A DNA stretch of 64,000 nucleotides from Gammaproteobacteria bacterium (GTDB taxonomy: Bacteria; Pseudomonadota; Gammaproteobacteria; Eutrophobiales; Eutrophobiaceae). The notes under the pieces are model-generated. The model was not told where the DNA came from. It worked only from the letters and a program-made list of their open reading frames with translations, and made no database searches. Numbering within the stretch: the first letter of the stretch is position 1; each line of letters opens with the position of its first letter. Below, in pieces: positions 18,096-27,352 of this stretch. The stretch lies in assembly GCA_965116495.1 (NCBI GenBank), contig OZ220696.1:3264001-3328000 (forward strand), in the 5' to 3' direction. The translations under genes were made by a program, and so were the position numbers.

Positions 18096-19547
18096 TCATA
18101 GAGTTGATTCTGCCACAATTTGTTTAACTGCCCTGAAAATATTTTGATACCCGGTACACCGGCACAGGTTGGCCGAGAGCATCCTGGTGATCTCCTCCTC
18201 CGCCGGTGCAGGATTCTGCTCCAACATTGCCGCGATCAGCATGATGAATCCCGGGGTACAGAAGCCGCACTGCAGGGCGTGGTTGTCGCTGAACGCGCGC
18301 TGGATCGGGTGCAGGTCTTCAGCGTCGGCCATGCCTTCAATCGTGCGGATTTCCTTACCCTCGGCCTGCACGGCGAACATCAGGCAGGCGCGCACCGGCG
18401 CGCCGTCAACGATGATGGTACAACTGCCGCACACCCCGTGCTCGCAGCCTACGCGGGTACCGGTTAGCCCACACTCCTCGCGGATCACGTCTGCCAGTGT
18501 CTGTCGCGCCTCCACGTTAACGTGGTAATCCTGTGAATTGACGTCCAGCCTGAGCGGGATTTTACCGGCGCCTGGAATCAAACTTATTTTCTCTACGTCA
18601 TTCCGGCGCAAACCGGGATCCAACGGAAGAACAAGCCTTGAATTAGGCTTATTTTCGACTGGATTCCGGTTTGTACCGGAATGACGGTTATCACCCCGCG
18701 CCGCTTCAAGCGCGCGTTTTACCACGGTTTTAACAATCTGGCGCCGGTAATCCACCGGTGTCTGTGCGTCCTCGAGTGGCGTGATCACGTCAGCGGCAAG
18801 TTCGGAGGCCGCCCGGATGTTCTCCTCGCTGAGTCGCCTGCCGTTGAGCATGTCCTCAACGTCCGTGAGTCGCCGCGGCACATCCTCCGCGCCGCCAAGG
18901 CCCAGGCGCACACCTGTCATGTCCCCTTGTTCCAGTGCAAACGTGACCAGACACATCGCCAGGGCAAAATCCCCGGCGCGGCGGTTGAACTCGTAAAATC
19001 CGAAGCGTTCGGCGCTGTGCGGAAGCGGCAGGTGCACCGCGCTGATCATTTCCTCAGGCTCCAGTATGGTTGTCATCGGGCCTTCAATGAACGTCCCGGC
19101 GGGTATTTCCCTGATGCGGTCCAGACTTTGGGCTATCACCGTCCCACCGAGGGTGACTGCTGTCAGGCACCACTCGGACGCGGGGTCGGCATGGGCAAGG
19201 CTGCCGCAGAAGGTGCCCCGTTGCCGTATCGGACAATGCGCGATATTATGGGCGACCGTTGGCAGCAGTTGCCCCAACGGGCCGGAGGTTACGGCATTAT
19301 GAAAATGGGCATGTCTGGCCAGGGCGCGGATCACCAGGGTTTGCCGTTCCAACCCGATACCCTGTAATGAGGATATCTCATTAATGTCCACCAGGTGGGC
19401 AGGGAAGGCGAGACGCAATGCCATCATGGGGACCAGGCTTTGCCCGCCTGCGATAATGCGGCCATCCTGCCCGGCTACCTCGGAGAGGATCTCCAGCGCT
19501 TCTTCCAGCTTACCAGGTCGATGGTAGATGAATGATGCGGGTTTCAT
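18096..19547 (-). CDS. Fused FAD-binding (CoxM-like) plus 2x[2Fe-2S] (CoxS-like) subunit
   Basis: N-terminal AGGQSL, RQRGTFCGS, RRAGDFA. C-terminal GCEHGVCGSC, QCGFCTPG, NLCRCTGY. No stop codon between the domains. Confidence 0.9.
   Translation of the reverse strand: MKPASFIYHRPGKLEEALEILSEVAGQDGRIIAGGQSLVPMMALRLAFPAHLVDINEISSLQGIGLERQTLVIRALARHAHFHNAVTSGPLGQLLPTVAHNIAHCPIRQRGTFCGSLAHADPASEWCLTAVTLGGTVIAQSLDRIREIPAGTFIEGPMTTILEPEEMISAVHLPLPHSAERFGFYEFNRRAGDFALAMCLVTFALEQGDMTGVRLGLGGAEDVPRRLTDVEDMLNGRRLSEENIRAASELAADVITPLEDAQTPVDYRRQIVKTVVKRALEAARGDNRHSGTNRNPVENKPNSRLVLPLDPGLRRNDVEKISLIPGAGKIPLRLDVNSQDYHVNVEARQTLADVIREECGLTGTRVGCEHGVCGSCTIIVDGAPVRACLMFAVQAEGKEIRTIEGMADAEDLHPIQRAFSDNHALQCGFCTPGFIMLIAAMLEQNPAPAEEEITRMLSANLCRCTGYQNIFRAVKQIVAESTL
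18596..18686. repeat. REP/RPE-like palindromic doublet, family A, inside the CoxM-CoxS linker
   Basis: Arms CGTCATTCCGGCGCAAACCGGGATCCA and TGGATTCCGGTTTGTACCGGAATGACG. Confidence 0.9.
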
Positions 19548-19566
19548 GGCTTACAGTAACGGCATA

Positions 19567-19611
19567 TCATTCCGGCGTAACCCCGTCGTTCCGGCGTAAG
19601 CCGGAACCCAG
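19567..19611. repeat. Family A REP arm with partial tandem copy
   Basis: TCATTCCGGCGTAA followed by CGTCGTTCCGGCGTAAGCCGGAACCCAG. Confidence 0.75.
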
Positions 19612-19630
19612 TGAAAATATTCTCCTTGCT

Positions 19631-22057
19631 TTAACAACCCCCACATAAGTCTTCTTTCTTATATGCGTCGATTTCGATGTTCGGTGAGCGCCAGAGTGCA
19701 GAGGTCGCAGCATCAGGCGCAGAATGAATCAGGTCCCACAGCACAGCCGGGGTAAGGGGGGCCTGGTTGATCTTCACGGCAAAGGGCTCCAGCGCGTCTT
19801 CGACCGCGGCGATGACGGCGGCCGGTGTCGGAAGACAACCGGATTCTCCCACCCCCTTGACGCCAAGTTCATTGAACGGAGAGTGTGATTCAAGGTGGAA
19901 CAGGCTGACTTCAGGCATGTTATCCGCCGTCACCAGCAGGTAATCGGCAAACGTGGTGGTAACAGGTTGCGCGCTTTCATCGAAGCCCATCCATTCGAAC
20001 AACGCATTGCCTATGCCGTGCGCGATTCCACCGAGCACCTGCCCGTCGACAAGCATGGGGTTGAGTGTGCGGCCGCAGTCGTGGGCGATCAAAAACCGCA
20101 GGATAGTGACTTGGCCGGTATCGATGTCCACTTCCACCTCTGCTACGGCCGTGCCGTTTGCATAGACCATATCGTCAATGATCACGCTTTCAGTTGCTTC
20201 CAGGCCCGGCTCCATATCAGCCACCGGCAACTTGAAGCCCGGCAGTCCTGACGCCATGCGCGCCAGTTCCGCAAGCGTCAGTTTCCGGTCCAGCGCATCC
20301 TTCACGTACACGTCCCGGCCATTGATTTCCAGGTCATGCTCGGCCGCTTCCAGGAGACGGCTTGCCAGCCGCAGTACCTTGGCTCTCACGGCTCCGGCGG
20401 CGGCGTGGGCCGATGCGCCGGCGATAACGGTCTGGCGGCTGTTGAAGCCGCCGAATCCCAGTGGGGTGGCATCCGTATCCCCGCAGGTGACGCTAATCGA
20501 TGACAAGTCGCCGCCAAGCTGTCCGGCAACTATTTGCGCCAGCATGGTCTGTGTGCTTTGACCCATGGCTGTCGCCCCGCTGGCGACAACGACGTTACCG
20601 GAAGCGTTAATGCGCACCGTCACCGTTTCGTAAGGTCCGCGTCCGGTTCCCTCGACAAAATTTGCCAGCCCGATGCCGATATGGCGCCCCTTCTCCCGGG
20701 CGTCTTTCCGGCGTTGTCCGAAGGAGTCCCACCCTGCGTGCTTCAGCGCGAGTTCCTGGGTTGCCGGATAGTCACCGCTGTCCAGAATGACTTCGGTACC
20801 ACCCCGTAACCGGATCGATTTGCGGCATGGCATCTGGTCTTTCCTGACCAGGTTTCGACGCCGTATCTCTGCCCGGTCTATCGATAACCCGGCGGCCGCG
20901 CGGTCCAGCAACCGCTCCATGACGAACACCCCCTGGGGCTGGCCCGCGCCCCGTACCGGCGTGACAGGAACCTTGTTGGTGAGTACCGCGTAAACGTCCA
21001 GGTGATAGGCAGGAATATTATAAGCCAGGGGTAATGCGACTCCGGAGGCGTATGGCACGTTAAGCCCGCGTGCAGTACACGCGCCGTGATCGTGCAGCAG
21101 TGCGCCCCGTACGCCTTTGATTGCGGCATCATTATCGACTGCAATTTCGACATCCCAGTACTGGTCCCGTTCCTGGGTGGTGCTCAGAAAATACTCGTAA
21201 CGGTCCTGTATCCATGCCACCGGTTGTTGCAGAAGCGTCGCGGCCAGTGCGATCACCACTTCTTCCGGGTAGCACACCAGTTTTGGCCCGAAACCGCCGC
21301 CGACCTGGGGCGCCACCACGCGCACGCTCTCATCGTTGCGGCCGAGCAGGTCGCAGATAACACGTTTTACCCCGTGAGGGCGTTGTGTGGAGGTCCACAG
21401 GGTCAGGTGGTCGGTAGCGGGATCATAACCTGAAATGACGCCCCGACATTCGATGGAATGGGCGCCGCCCCGGTGCACGTGAAAGGATTCCCTGATGACG
21501 ACATCCGCCTGTCCGAATGCAGCGTCGACGTCGCCATAATCAAAATCGAAATGGGCTGCCAGGTTGTGGGATAGGGTCCTGTGGACGACCGGGGGCACTG
21601 AAACCAGGGCCTGGCGGCAATCGGCCACTGCATCCAGGGGTTCGTAGTCGACCTCCACCAGGTCTGCCGCATCCTCGGCCGCGTAACGCGAGGCGGCAAT
21701 CACTACCGCAACAGCCTCGCCGACGTAGACTACTTCATCTCCGGCCAGTACTGCCGGATCTACCTTGAGGCGGTAGCTCCCGCTGGGCAGGCCCGCGGCT
21801 AACCTGGCAGATGTCAGTCGGGGTGCCAGGTCCGCCAAGGAATATACGGCCACAACTTCGGGTGCCTGAGCGGCCGTCTCAGCATCAATTTTATTGATCA
21901 GTGCATGACTGTAAGGACTGCGCACAAATGCCGCGGACAAAGTCCCTGGCAAGTGGAGGTCGGCAATAAACCGGGCGTTGCCCGTCAATAACCCATGGTC
22001 TTCCAGCCTGCGGACTGACTTGCCCAGGACCCTGTCGCTCGGACTCAGGTTAGCCAT
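19631..22057 (-). CDS. Xanthine-oxidase-family molybdopterin large subunit (CoxL form II-like)
   Basis: GGGFGPK, active-site loop PVRGAGQPQ, DSGDYP, GGFNSRQ, GVKGVGE. Confidence 0.93.
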   Translation of the reverse strand: MANLSPSDRVLGKSVRRLEDHGLLTGNARFIADLHLPGTLSAAFVRSPYSHALINKIDAETAAQAPEVVAVYSLADLAPRLTSARLAAGLPSGSYRLKVDPAVLAGDEVVYVGEAVAVVIAASRYAAEDAADLVEVDYEPLDAVADCRQALVSVPPVVHRTLSHNLAAHFDFDYGDVDAAFGQADVVIRESFHVHRGGAHSIECRGVISGYDPATDHLTLWTSTQRPHGVKRVICDLLGRNDESVRVVAPQVGGGFGPKLVCYPEEVVIALAATLLQQPVAWIQDRYEYFLSTTQERDQYWDVEIAVDNDAAIKGVRGALLHDHGACTARGLNVPYASGVALPLAYNIPAYHLDVYAVLTNKVPVTPVRGAGQPQGVFVMERLLDRAAAGLSIDRAEIRRRNLVRKDQMPCRKSIRLRGGTEVILDSGDYPATQELALKHAGWDSFGQRRKDAREKGRHIGIGLANFVEGTGRGPYETVTVRINASGNVVVASGATAMGQSTQTMLAQIVAGQLGGDLSSISVTCGDTDATPLGFGGFNSRQTVIAGASAHAAAGAVRAKVLRLASRLLEAAEHDLEINGRDVYVKDALDRKLTLAELARMASGLPGFKLPVADMEPGLEATESVIIDDMVYANGTAVAEVEVDIDTGQVTILRFLIAHDCGRTLNPMLVDGQVLGGIAHGIGNALFEWMGFDESAQPVTTTFADYLLVTADNMPEVSLFHLESHSPFNELGVKGVGESGCLPTPAAVIAAVEDALEPFAVKINQAPLTPAVLWDLIHSAPDAATSALWRSPNIEIDAYKKEDLCGGC

Positions 22058-22102
22058 GCCGGAACAGTATTCTCAACCCAGTTTCTACCCTCTGTGGCAT
22101 CA

Positions 22103-22729
22103 TCAAAGGGAGGTCAACGCTTCAACTTCGTGCAGTTTCATGACCTCCGTGTATTTCATTTTCATGTCAAACAGGTTGACATCGTGCTGTGTGACGGAAC
22201 GGTCTCCCACGCAGTCCTCGACGATCACGGGTTTGAAGCCATGGCACATGGCGTCAACGGCCGAGGCGCGCACACATCCACTTGTCGTTGCGCCGGTGAT
22301 GAACAAGGTCTTAATGCCCTTCATTGCCAGGGCGGATGCCAGGTGCGTTCCGAAAAAGGCGGAAGGGAAATGCTTGCGTATGATCAGGTCGCCGGGCTCA
22401 GGGAGCAGTTCCGGGACTACTTGGCTGAGTTCGGAGGTTTCAGTGAAATCCAGGCATCCCGGCACCTTGTCGGTAAACACGTTGGCGTCGGAACCGTCGT
22501 CGGCGTACACTACCCGTGTATAGCTGACCAGCCAGCCCCGTTTGCGGGCCAGCGCCAGCACTGTTCGGGCCTTCTCGATGGCCGGCCGGATGTTCCCCCC
22601 GCCGAATACCTGCGGGTCCGCAAAGCCGTTGATGAAATCCACTATCAACAGTCCTGCCGGCGGTAATAATTCAAGGCTCCGGCCGAAGCCCTGACCATCA
22701 TAAACTGTTTGTTCCGGATGCTTGCTCAT
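22103..22729 (-). CDS. Isochorismatase-family amidohydrolase, maleamate amidohydrolase (NicF)-like
   Basis: Intact D/K/C triad (IVDF, IRKHFPSAF, GATTSGCVRAS). GFADPQVFGGGNI closely resembles Bordetella-type NicF from memory. AGGAG RBS. Confidence 0.85.
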   Translation of the reverse strand: MSKHPEQTVYDGQGFGRSLELLPPAGLLIVDFINGFADPQVFGGGNIRPAIEKARTVLALARKRGWLVSYTRVVYADDGSDANVFTDKVPGCLDFTETSELSQVVPELLPEPGDLIIRKHFPSAFFGTHLASALAMKGIKTLFITGATTSGCVRASAVDAMCHGFKPVIVEDCVGDRSVTQHDVNLFDMKMKYTEVMKLHEVEALTSL

Positions 22730-22748
22730 TGAGGTCTCCTGTGTCGGT

Positions 22749-24242
22749 TCAGCTTTCCGATGCAGTGCGTGCTGCGTGCTCGCCGGCAATTTTACCGAAT
22801 ACAGAGCCGGACATCAGCCCGGTGCCGCCGGGATAGTTGAAATAAAACAGCCCGCCCACCAGTTCCCCGGCCGCGTACAGCCCCGGAACAGGCTGATAAT
22901 CCGTATTCAACACTCTGGCATCAGTATCTATACGCAGCCCGCCAAAGGTGAAGGTCACGCCGCAGGTCACGCCGTAAGCATGGAACGGCGGGATATCGAT
23001 GGTATTGGCCCAGTTGCTTTTCGGGACGGCAAGGCCATCGGTTCCGCGGCCGTCCTTGACATTGGGATTGAAGGGAACCGAGGTCTGCACTGCAGCGTTA
23101 TACGCCTTGATATGGGCCAGGGCGCCAGCCGGGTCCACGCCGTCGAGTTGCGCCAGCAGGCCCTCCAGCGCGTCGTCAACCGCTTTGGTAACCTGCTTGA
23201 TGCGGTACTCATCCCGCAACAGGTGCAGGACTTTACCGTCGAATACCTGGTAGGCGAAGTTGCCGGGTTGCTCCAGGATGACGCGGCCATATTTCGCATA
23301 AGTGTAGTTTCGGAAATCGGCCCCCTCATCGACGAAACGTTCCCCCCGCGCATTGATCATGATACCGAAGGGGTAGCTGTGTTTCTGGAAGGCGTCGCCC
23401 ACGGCAAGATCGCCGAATTCCGGCGCGTTACGGTCCCAGCCCACCGCGTGGCAGCCGGACCAGTTGCCGGCCGGGGAGGCGCCGATATCCAACGCCATCC
23501 GGATGCCGTCACCGACGTTGTAACGGCTGCCCCTGACCTTGGCCAGGTCCCAGCCGGGACCGAGGTAGCGGGTGCGCCACTCGCTGTTGGCCTCGAACCC
23601 GCCCGTGGCGAGAACCGTGTTACGTGCCTTAATGGCGCTTGTTCGACCCTCGCGGCGGACGAATGCGCCGCGTACTCGCCCGTCTTCGTGCAGCAATTCC
23701 AGGGCTCGCGTTTCATAACGGACTTCAATGCCCGCCTTGTGTGCGGCCATTGTCCAGGCTTCCATCAGGCCGGGGCCGCCGCCCCAGGCTTCCACCGTGA
23801 GGCCGCCCCAGAACTTGAATTTTCCGTTGACCTTGAAGGCCTGGCGGCCGTAAATGGGCGTAAAGCGGATGCCCTTGGCGCGCATCCATAACAAGGTCGA
23901 GCGGCTGTTTCTCACCAGCAACTCGCACAGGTCGGGATCGGTGCGGTAATCGGTAACCCGGCCCATGTCATCAAAGAACTGATCTTCGGTATAACTGCCG
24001 AAATCCGTGTTCGCCAGTTCTTCCTCACTGAGGTCCGGCATAAAGGACTTGAGGTCTTCCACACCATCATAGACCACCCGTATCGCTCCGGCGGTGAACC
24101 GGCTGTTGCCTCCCGCCTCATCTTCCGGCGAACACTCAAGTATTACGACTTTTGCGCCATGCTCCCGGGCTGCAAGAGCCGCGGCGAACGCGGCATTGCC
24201 AGCGCCGACTACCAGCACGTCACAGTCGGGTGTTGCGGTCAT
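22749..24242 (-). CDS. FAD-dependent oxidoreductase, tricarballylate dehydrogenase TcuA-like
   Basis: VVGAGNAA, GGNSRFTAG, LATGGFEAN, TFTFGGL, NYPGGTGL. Confidence 0.85.
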   Translation of the reverse strand: MTATPDCDVLVVGAGNAAFAAALAAREHGAKVVILECSPEDEAGGNSRFTAGAIRVVYDGVEDLKSFMPDLSEEELANTDFGSYTEDQFFDDMGRVTDYRTDPDLCELLVRNSRSTLLWMRAKGIRFTPIYGRQAFKVNGKFKFWGGLTVEAWGGGPGLMEAWTMAAHKAGIEVRYETRALELLHEDGRVRGAFVRREGRTSAIKARNTVLATGGFEANSEWRTRYLGPGWDLAKVRGSRYNVGDGIRMALDIGASPAGNWSGCHAVGWDRNAPEFGDLAVGDAFQKHSYPFGIMINARGERFVDEGADFRNYTYAKYGRVILEQPGNFAYQVFDGKVLHLLRDEYRIKQVTKAVDDALEGLLAQLDGVDPAGALAHIKAYNAAVQTSVPFNPNVKDGRGTDGLAVPKSNWANTIDIPPFHAYGVTCGVTFTFGGLRIDTDARVLNTDYQPVPGLYAAGELVGGLFYFNYPGGTGLMSGSVFGKIAGEHAARTASES

Positions 24243-24445
24243 CGTTTTTGTACGGGAGACTTGGCTGAAGCGCAATGTAAGTTAATAGAGCATCCATTGA
24301 CTGTATTTTACAGGAATTTGCTTGAGACCGAATGATAGCCGTTCCAGGTTCCCCTTGATCACATTTCTAGCGCCCCCAGCAAGGTCCGGTGGGGCCGACC
24401 GGCCTGCCGGATACGGGAGATTTTGTGGTATAGTCAGGAGTTGAT

Positions 24446-24565
24446 ATGAACAACTATGACGGCATTGTGGATGCCATTCTGGCCGCGTACCCGGACACCC
24501 TGGCCGGGGTGCGGGGTATTATCGTGAATGGTCATAATGTAACTATAGGCGTTACATCGTTATAA
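24446..24565 (+). pseudogene. Possible truncated minimal nucleotidyltransferase (MntA-like) remnant
   Basis: TATAGT -10-like box and AGGAG RBS precede MNNYDGIVDAILAAYPDT, which resembles MNT N-termini. The expected IYLFGS motif is absent. Confidence 0.3.
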
Positions 24566-24621
24566 TTCAGGAGAAAACGATTCAAAGCTGACAACCGGCG
24601 CGTCACAGTCAGGCGCGAAGG

Positions 24622-25515
24622 TTACGGCACGATTCCTTTCGGCAGGGAAACGACGTGGTCGTAAATGGCGCCGGGGCGGGTAAACCAGACTCTGTCGGCG
24701 TTGGGGTGGTTGAGGATGTGCAGCAGGATATCCCGCAGGCCCGCGAGCCGGTAAGGCTGGCCCGAGACGAAAGTGTGCAGGGCCAGGCTGAAGACCAGGG
24801 GTTGTTTCCGGCCCTGGCGCAGTTGTTCGTCGAAATGCGCAGTGACCATACGGGTGAAATCGTCTGCGGTATGACGGCGCGTCAACTGTGCCGGGGAATC
24901 GTTGATTTCGATGTGGTAGGGGATCGATAGTATCGGGCCGGCCCGGGTGGTCATCCAGAAGGGTTGGTCATCCGCGCACCAGTCCAGCAGGTAACGGTAA
25001 CCGGCCTCCTTCAGCAGGTCGGGCGTGTGTACGCTTTCCGAAATCCAGGGACCCATCCAGCCGCCGGGTGTTTTCCCCTCGTGGCGGCGAAATGCCTCGG
25101 TGGTTTCCTCGATTAGTCGGCGTTCTTCATCCTCGGGACAGCCACCCTGTTCCTCGGAATTGGTGCGGCCATGGCCGATGAACTCATCCTGACGTGCGCG
25201 GATTCGGGCTGGGATCTGGGGCGCGTAGTCGTACACAGCAGCATTCATCAGGTGGCAGGCCGGCAGTTCAAGTTCGTCAAACAGGTCGAAAATGCGCCAG
25301 ATCCCAACCCGTAGGCCGTAGTCGCGCCAGGCATAATTGCGCACGTCCGGTGGTGTACCCGGGTTGGTAGGGGTATGTCCCAGGCCCTCACCGAAGCTGA
25401 AATGTTCGATGTTCAGGGCAAAGTAGACGGCCAGCCGCTTCCCGTCCGGCCAGTCGTAATCCGGACGTTCGGAGATGGGAGAGTAGTCGTACCTGTGATG
25501 TGGGTTAAGTTCCAA
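24622..25515 (-). CDS. Polysaccharide deacetylase family, PuuE/allantoinase-like
   Basis: RYDYSPISERPDYDWPDGKRLAV, WRDYGLRVG, GWMGPW, ALHTFVSGQPYR. Start codon uncertain (TTG chosen). Confidence 0.85.
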   Translation of the reverse strand: MELNPHHRYDYSPISERPDYDWPDGKRLAVYFALNIEHFSFGEGLGHTPTNPGTPPDVRNYAWRDYGLRVGIWRIFDLFDELELPACHLMNAAVYDYAPQIPARIRARQDEFIGHGRTNSEEQGGCPEDEERRLIEETTEAFRRHEGKTPGGWMGPWISESVHTPDLLKEAGYRYLLDWCADDQPFWMTTRAGPILSIPYHIEINDSPAQLTRRHTADDFTRMVTAHFDEQLRQGRKQPLVFSLALHTFVSGQPYRLAGLRDILLHILNHPNADRVWFTRPGAIYDHVVSLPKGIVP

Positions 25516-25594
25516 GCCGCTTGATCCATTACATTTTGAGCTACAGAATAATATCGTAAAAACGAATAATCCGCATATTTCACCAGGGGAAGCG

Positions 25595-27259
25595 ATGATC
25601 ACATCGGAGACCATAACGCATAGCGTGGCAGACAGGCGTCAATACCGTGCCTCGGGATTCTGGCAGGATGAGACCATTTTTCAGATCGTCCAGGGTCATG
25701 CCGAACGAAAGCCGGACCGTTATGCCGTGCGCGATCGGTATCGCCGGTTAACCTACCGGCAGCTCATTGAAGCCGCGGAACGCCTGGCAACGGACTTATT
25801 TGAAAACGGGATTGTGCCGGGTCAACAGGTGGCGGCCTGGTTGCCGAACCGGCTGGAAACCGTGATTGTGCTGCTGGCCTGCTCAAGGAACCGCTATACC
25901 TGCTGCCCGTCGTTACACCGGAATCACACGGTTGTGGAGATCATGCAGATACTCGATCGTTTTCAGGCCGCTGCGCTGATCAGCGAGCAGGGCTATGGTG
26001 CGGGGATGGTTCAGTGCGACGTCGATGCCGAACTGGCGCGCTTGAGGCACGCTCCCATACACTATACCCTGCAACCGTTCAGGCCGGAGAATGCCAGCGA
26101 TCCTCTTTTCGGTGATTATCTGGAAGCACAGCCCCACGCGGATATTGCCGCGATGCCAGCGGTACCGGACCCCGATACACTTGTCTACCTGGCACTGACG
26201 TCGGGCACTACCGGCGAACCCAAAGGCGTCATGCACAGTGACAATACCCTACTGGCCAATGCTCGCGCCATTGCCGCGGATTGGCATTTTGACGATACGT
26301 CGGTTGTTTATACGTTGAGTCCGCTGAGTCACAACCTGGGTTTCGGCGCCATGGTTACCGCGCTTTATGCAGGCGCGGAAATCGTGCTGAGTCATCTTTC
26401 TCCTGGTGAATCTCTCGTGGATGACCTGTTCAGGACGGATGCGACCTTCATCTATGGCGTGCCGGCCCATGCCATTGACCTGTTAAAGGAATTAAGCAAA
26501 ACCGGGACAAAAGCTCCCGATAAGATCACGGGTTTTCGGATTTCCGGCGCGCAGGTACCCGGCAACGTCGCGGCGGAGTTGCTGGAGTATTGCATCATCC
26601 TGCAGACCGGTTATGGGATGACGGAGGCGCATTCCCATAACTACACCCTGCCGGATGATGAACCGCAACGTATTATCGAAACGGCGGGGCGAGCCTGTTC
26701 CGGCTACGAGCTGAAAATCTGGTCCATGGACAATGCAGAGGTTGAAGTGGCTACCGGTGAGATTGGTCAGATTGGAGGGAAAGGGGCCAGCCTGATGCTG
26801 GGGTATTTTGATGATGAAGCGGCGACCGCCAGATCGTTCAATTCGGACGGCTGGTTTATGACCGGTGACATCGGCAGCCTGGATGAAGACGGCTACCTGC
26901 ATATCACGGGTCGCATCAAGGATGTGATCATCCGCGGCGGCCACAACATTTACCCTGCCCGCATAGAGCAGCTCGCCGTCCGCCACCCTGCCGTGGAAAA
27001 AGCCGCGGCCATTCCGTTTCCCGACGAACGGCTGGGTGAAAAAGTATGCTTGGTCATTATGCCGGCTGATAACGCCAGTCTCGGGCCGGAGCAAATTCTC
27101 AAGCATCTCGACGCGGAAGGACTGTCGAAATACGATATGCCCGAGTACCTTGTTGAGATAGATAACATGCCGTTGACTCCCGGCGGTAAGGTAATCAAAC
27201 GTGATTTACTTGCCTTAATCGGCGCCGGCCGGCTTAATCCTGAGCCGGTCAGGCGGTAA
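25595..27259 (+). CDS. Acyl-CoA synthetase / AMP-binding enzyme (cyclohexanecarboxylate-CoA ligase-like)
   Basis: TSGTTGEPKG, GYGMTE, FMTGD, GRIKDVIIRGG, TPGGKV. Confidence 0.92.
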   Translation: MITSETITHSVADRRQYRASGFWQDETIFQIVQGHAERKPDRYAVRDRYRRLTYRQLIEAAERLATDLFENGIVPGQQVAAWLPNRLETVIVLLACSRNRYTCCPSLHRNHTVVEIMQILDRFQAAALISEQGYGAGMVQCDVDAELARLRHAPIHYTLQPFRPENASDPLFGDYLEAQPHADIAAMPAVPDPDTLVYLALTSGTTGEPKGVMHSDNTLLANARAIAADWHFDDTSVVYTLSPLSHNLGFGAMVTALYAGAEIVLSHLSPGESLVDDLFRTDATFIYGVPAHAIDLLKELSKTGTKAPDKITGFRISGAQVPGNVAAELLEYCIILQTGYGMTEAHSHNYTLPDDEPQRIIETAGRACSGYELKIWSMDNAEVEVATGEIGQIGGKGASLMLGYFDDEAATARSFNSDGWFMTGDIGSLDEDGYLHITGRIKDVIIRGGHNIYPARIEQLAVRHPAVEKAAAIPFPDERLGEKVCLVIMPADNASLGPEQILKHLDAEGLSKYDMPEYLVEIDNMPLTPGGKVIKRDLLALIGAGRLNPEPVRR

Positions 27260-27352
27260 AGCTGATCCGGGAGTTAAGACAGATGCACAGTAGTTTCCGG
27301 TAAAACGGCGTCGGTATTGTGGTGAATTGTTTAATTGTGGTAAAAGAGTCCC

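Noticed and set aside
3423-22057. Aerobic CO dehydrogenase (coxLMS) assignment
   Set aside because: No large subunit has the form I AYxCSFR motif. The loops are QYRGVG, AFRGFG, PVRGVG and PVRGAG, so CO oxidation is not supported.
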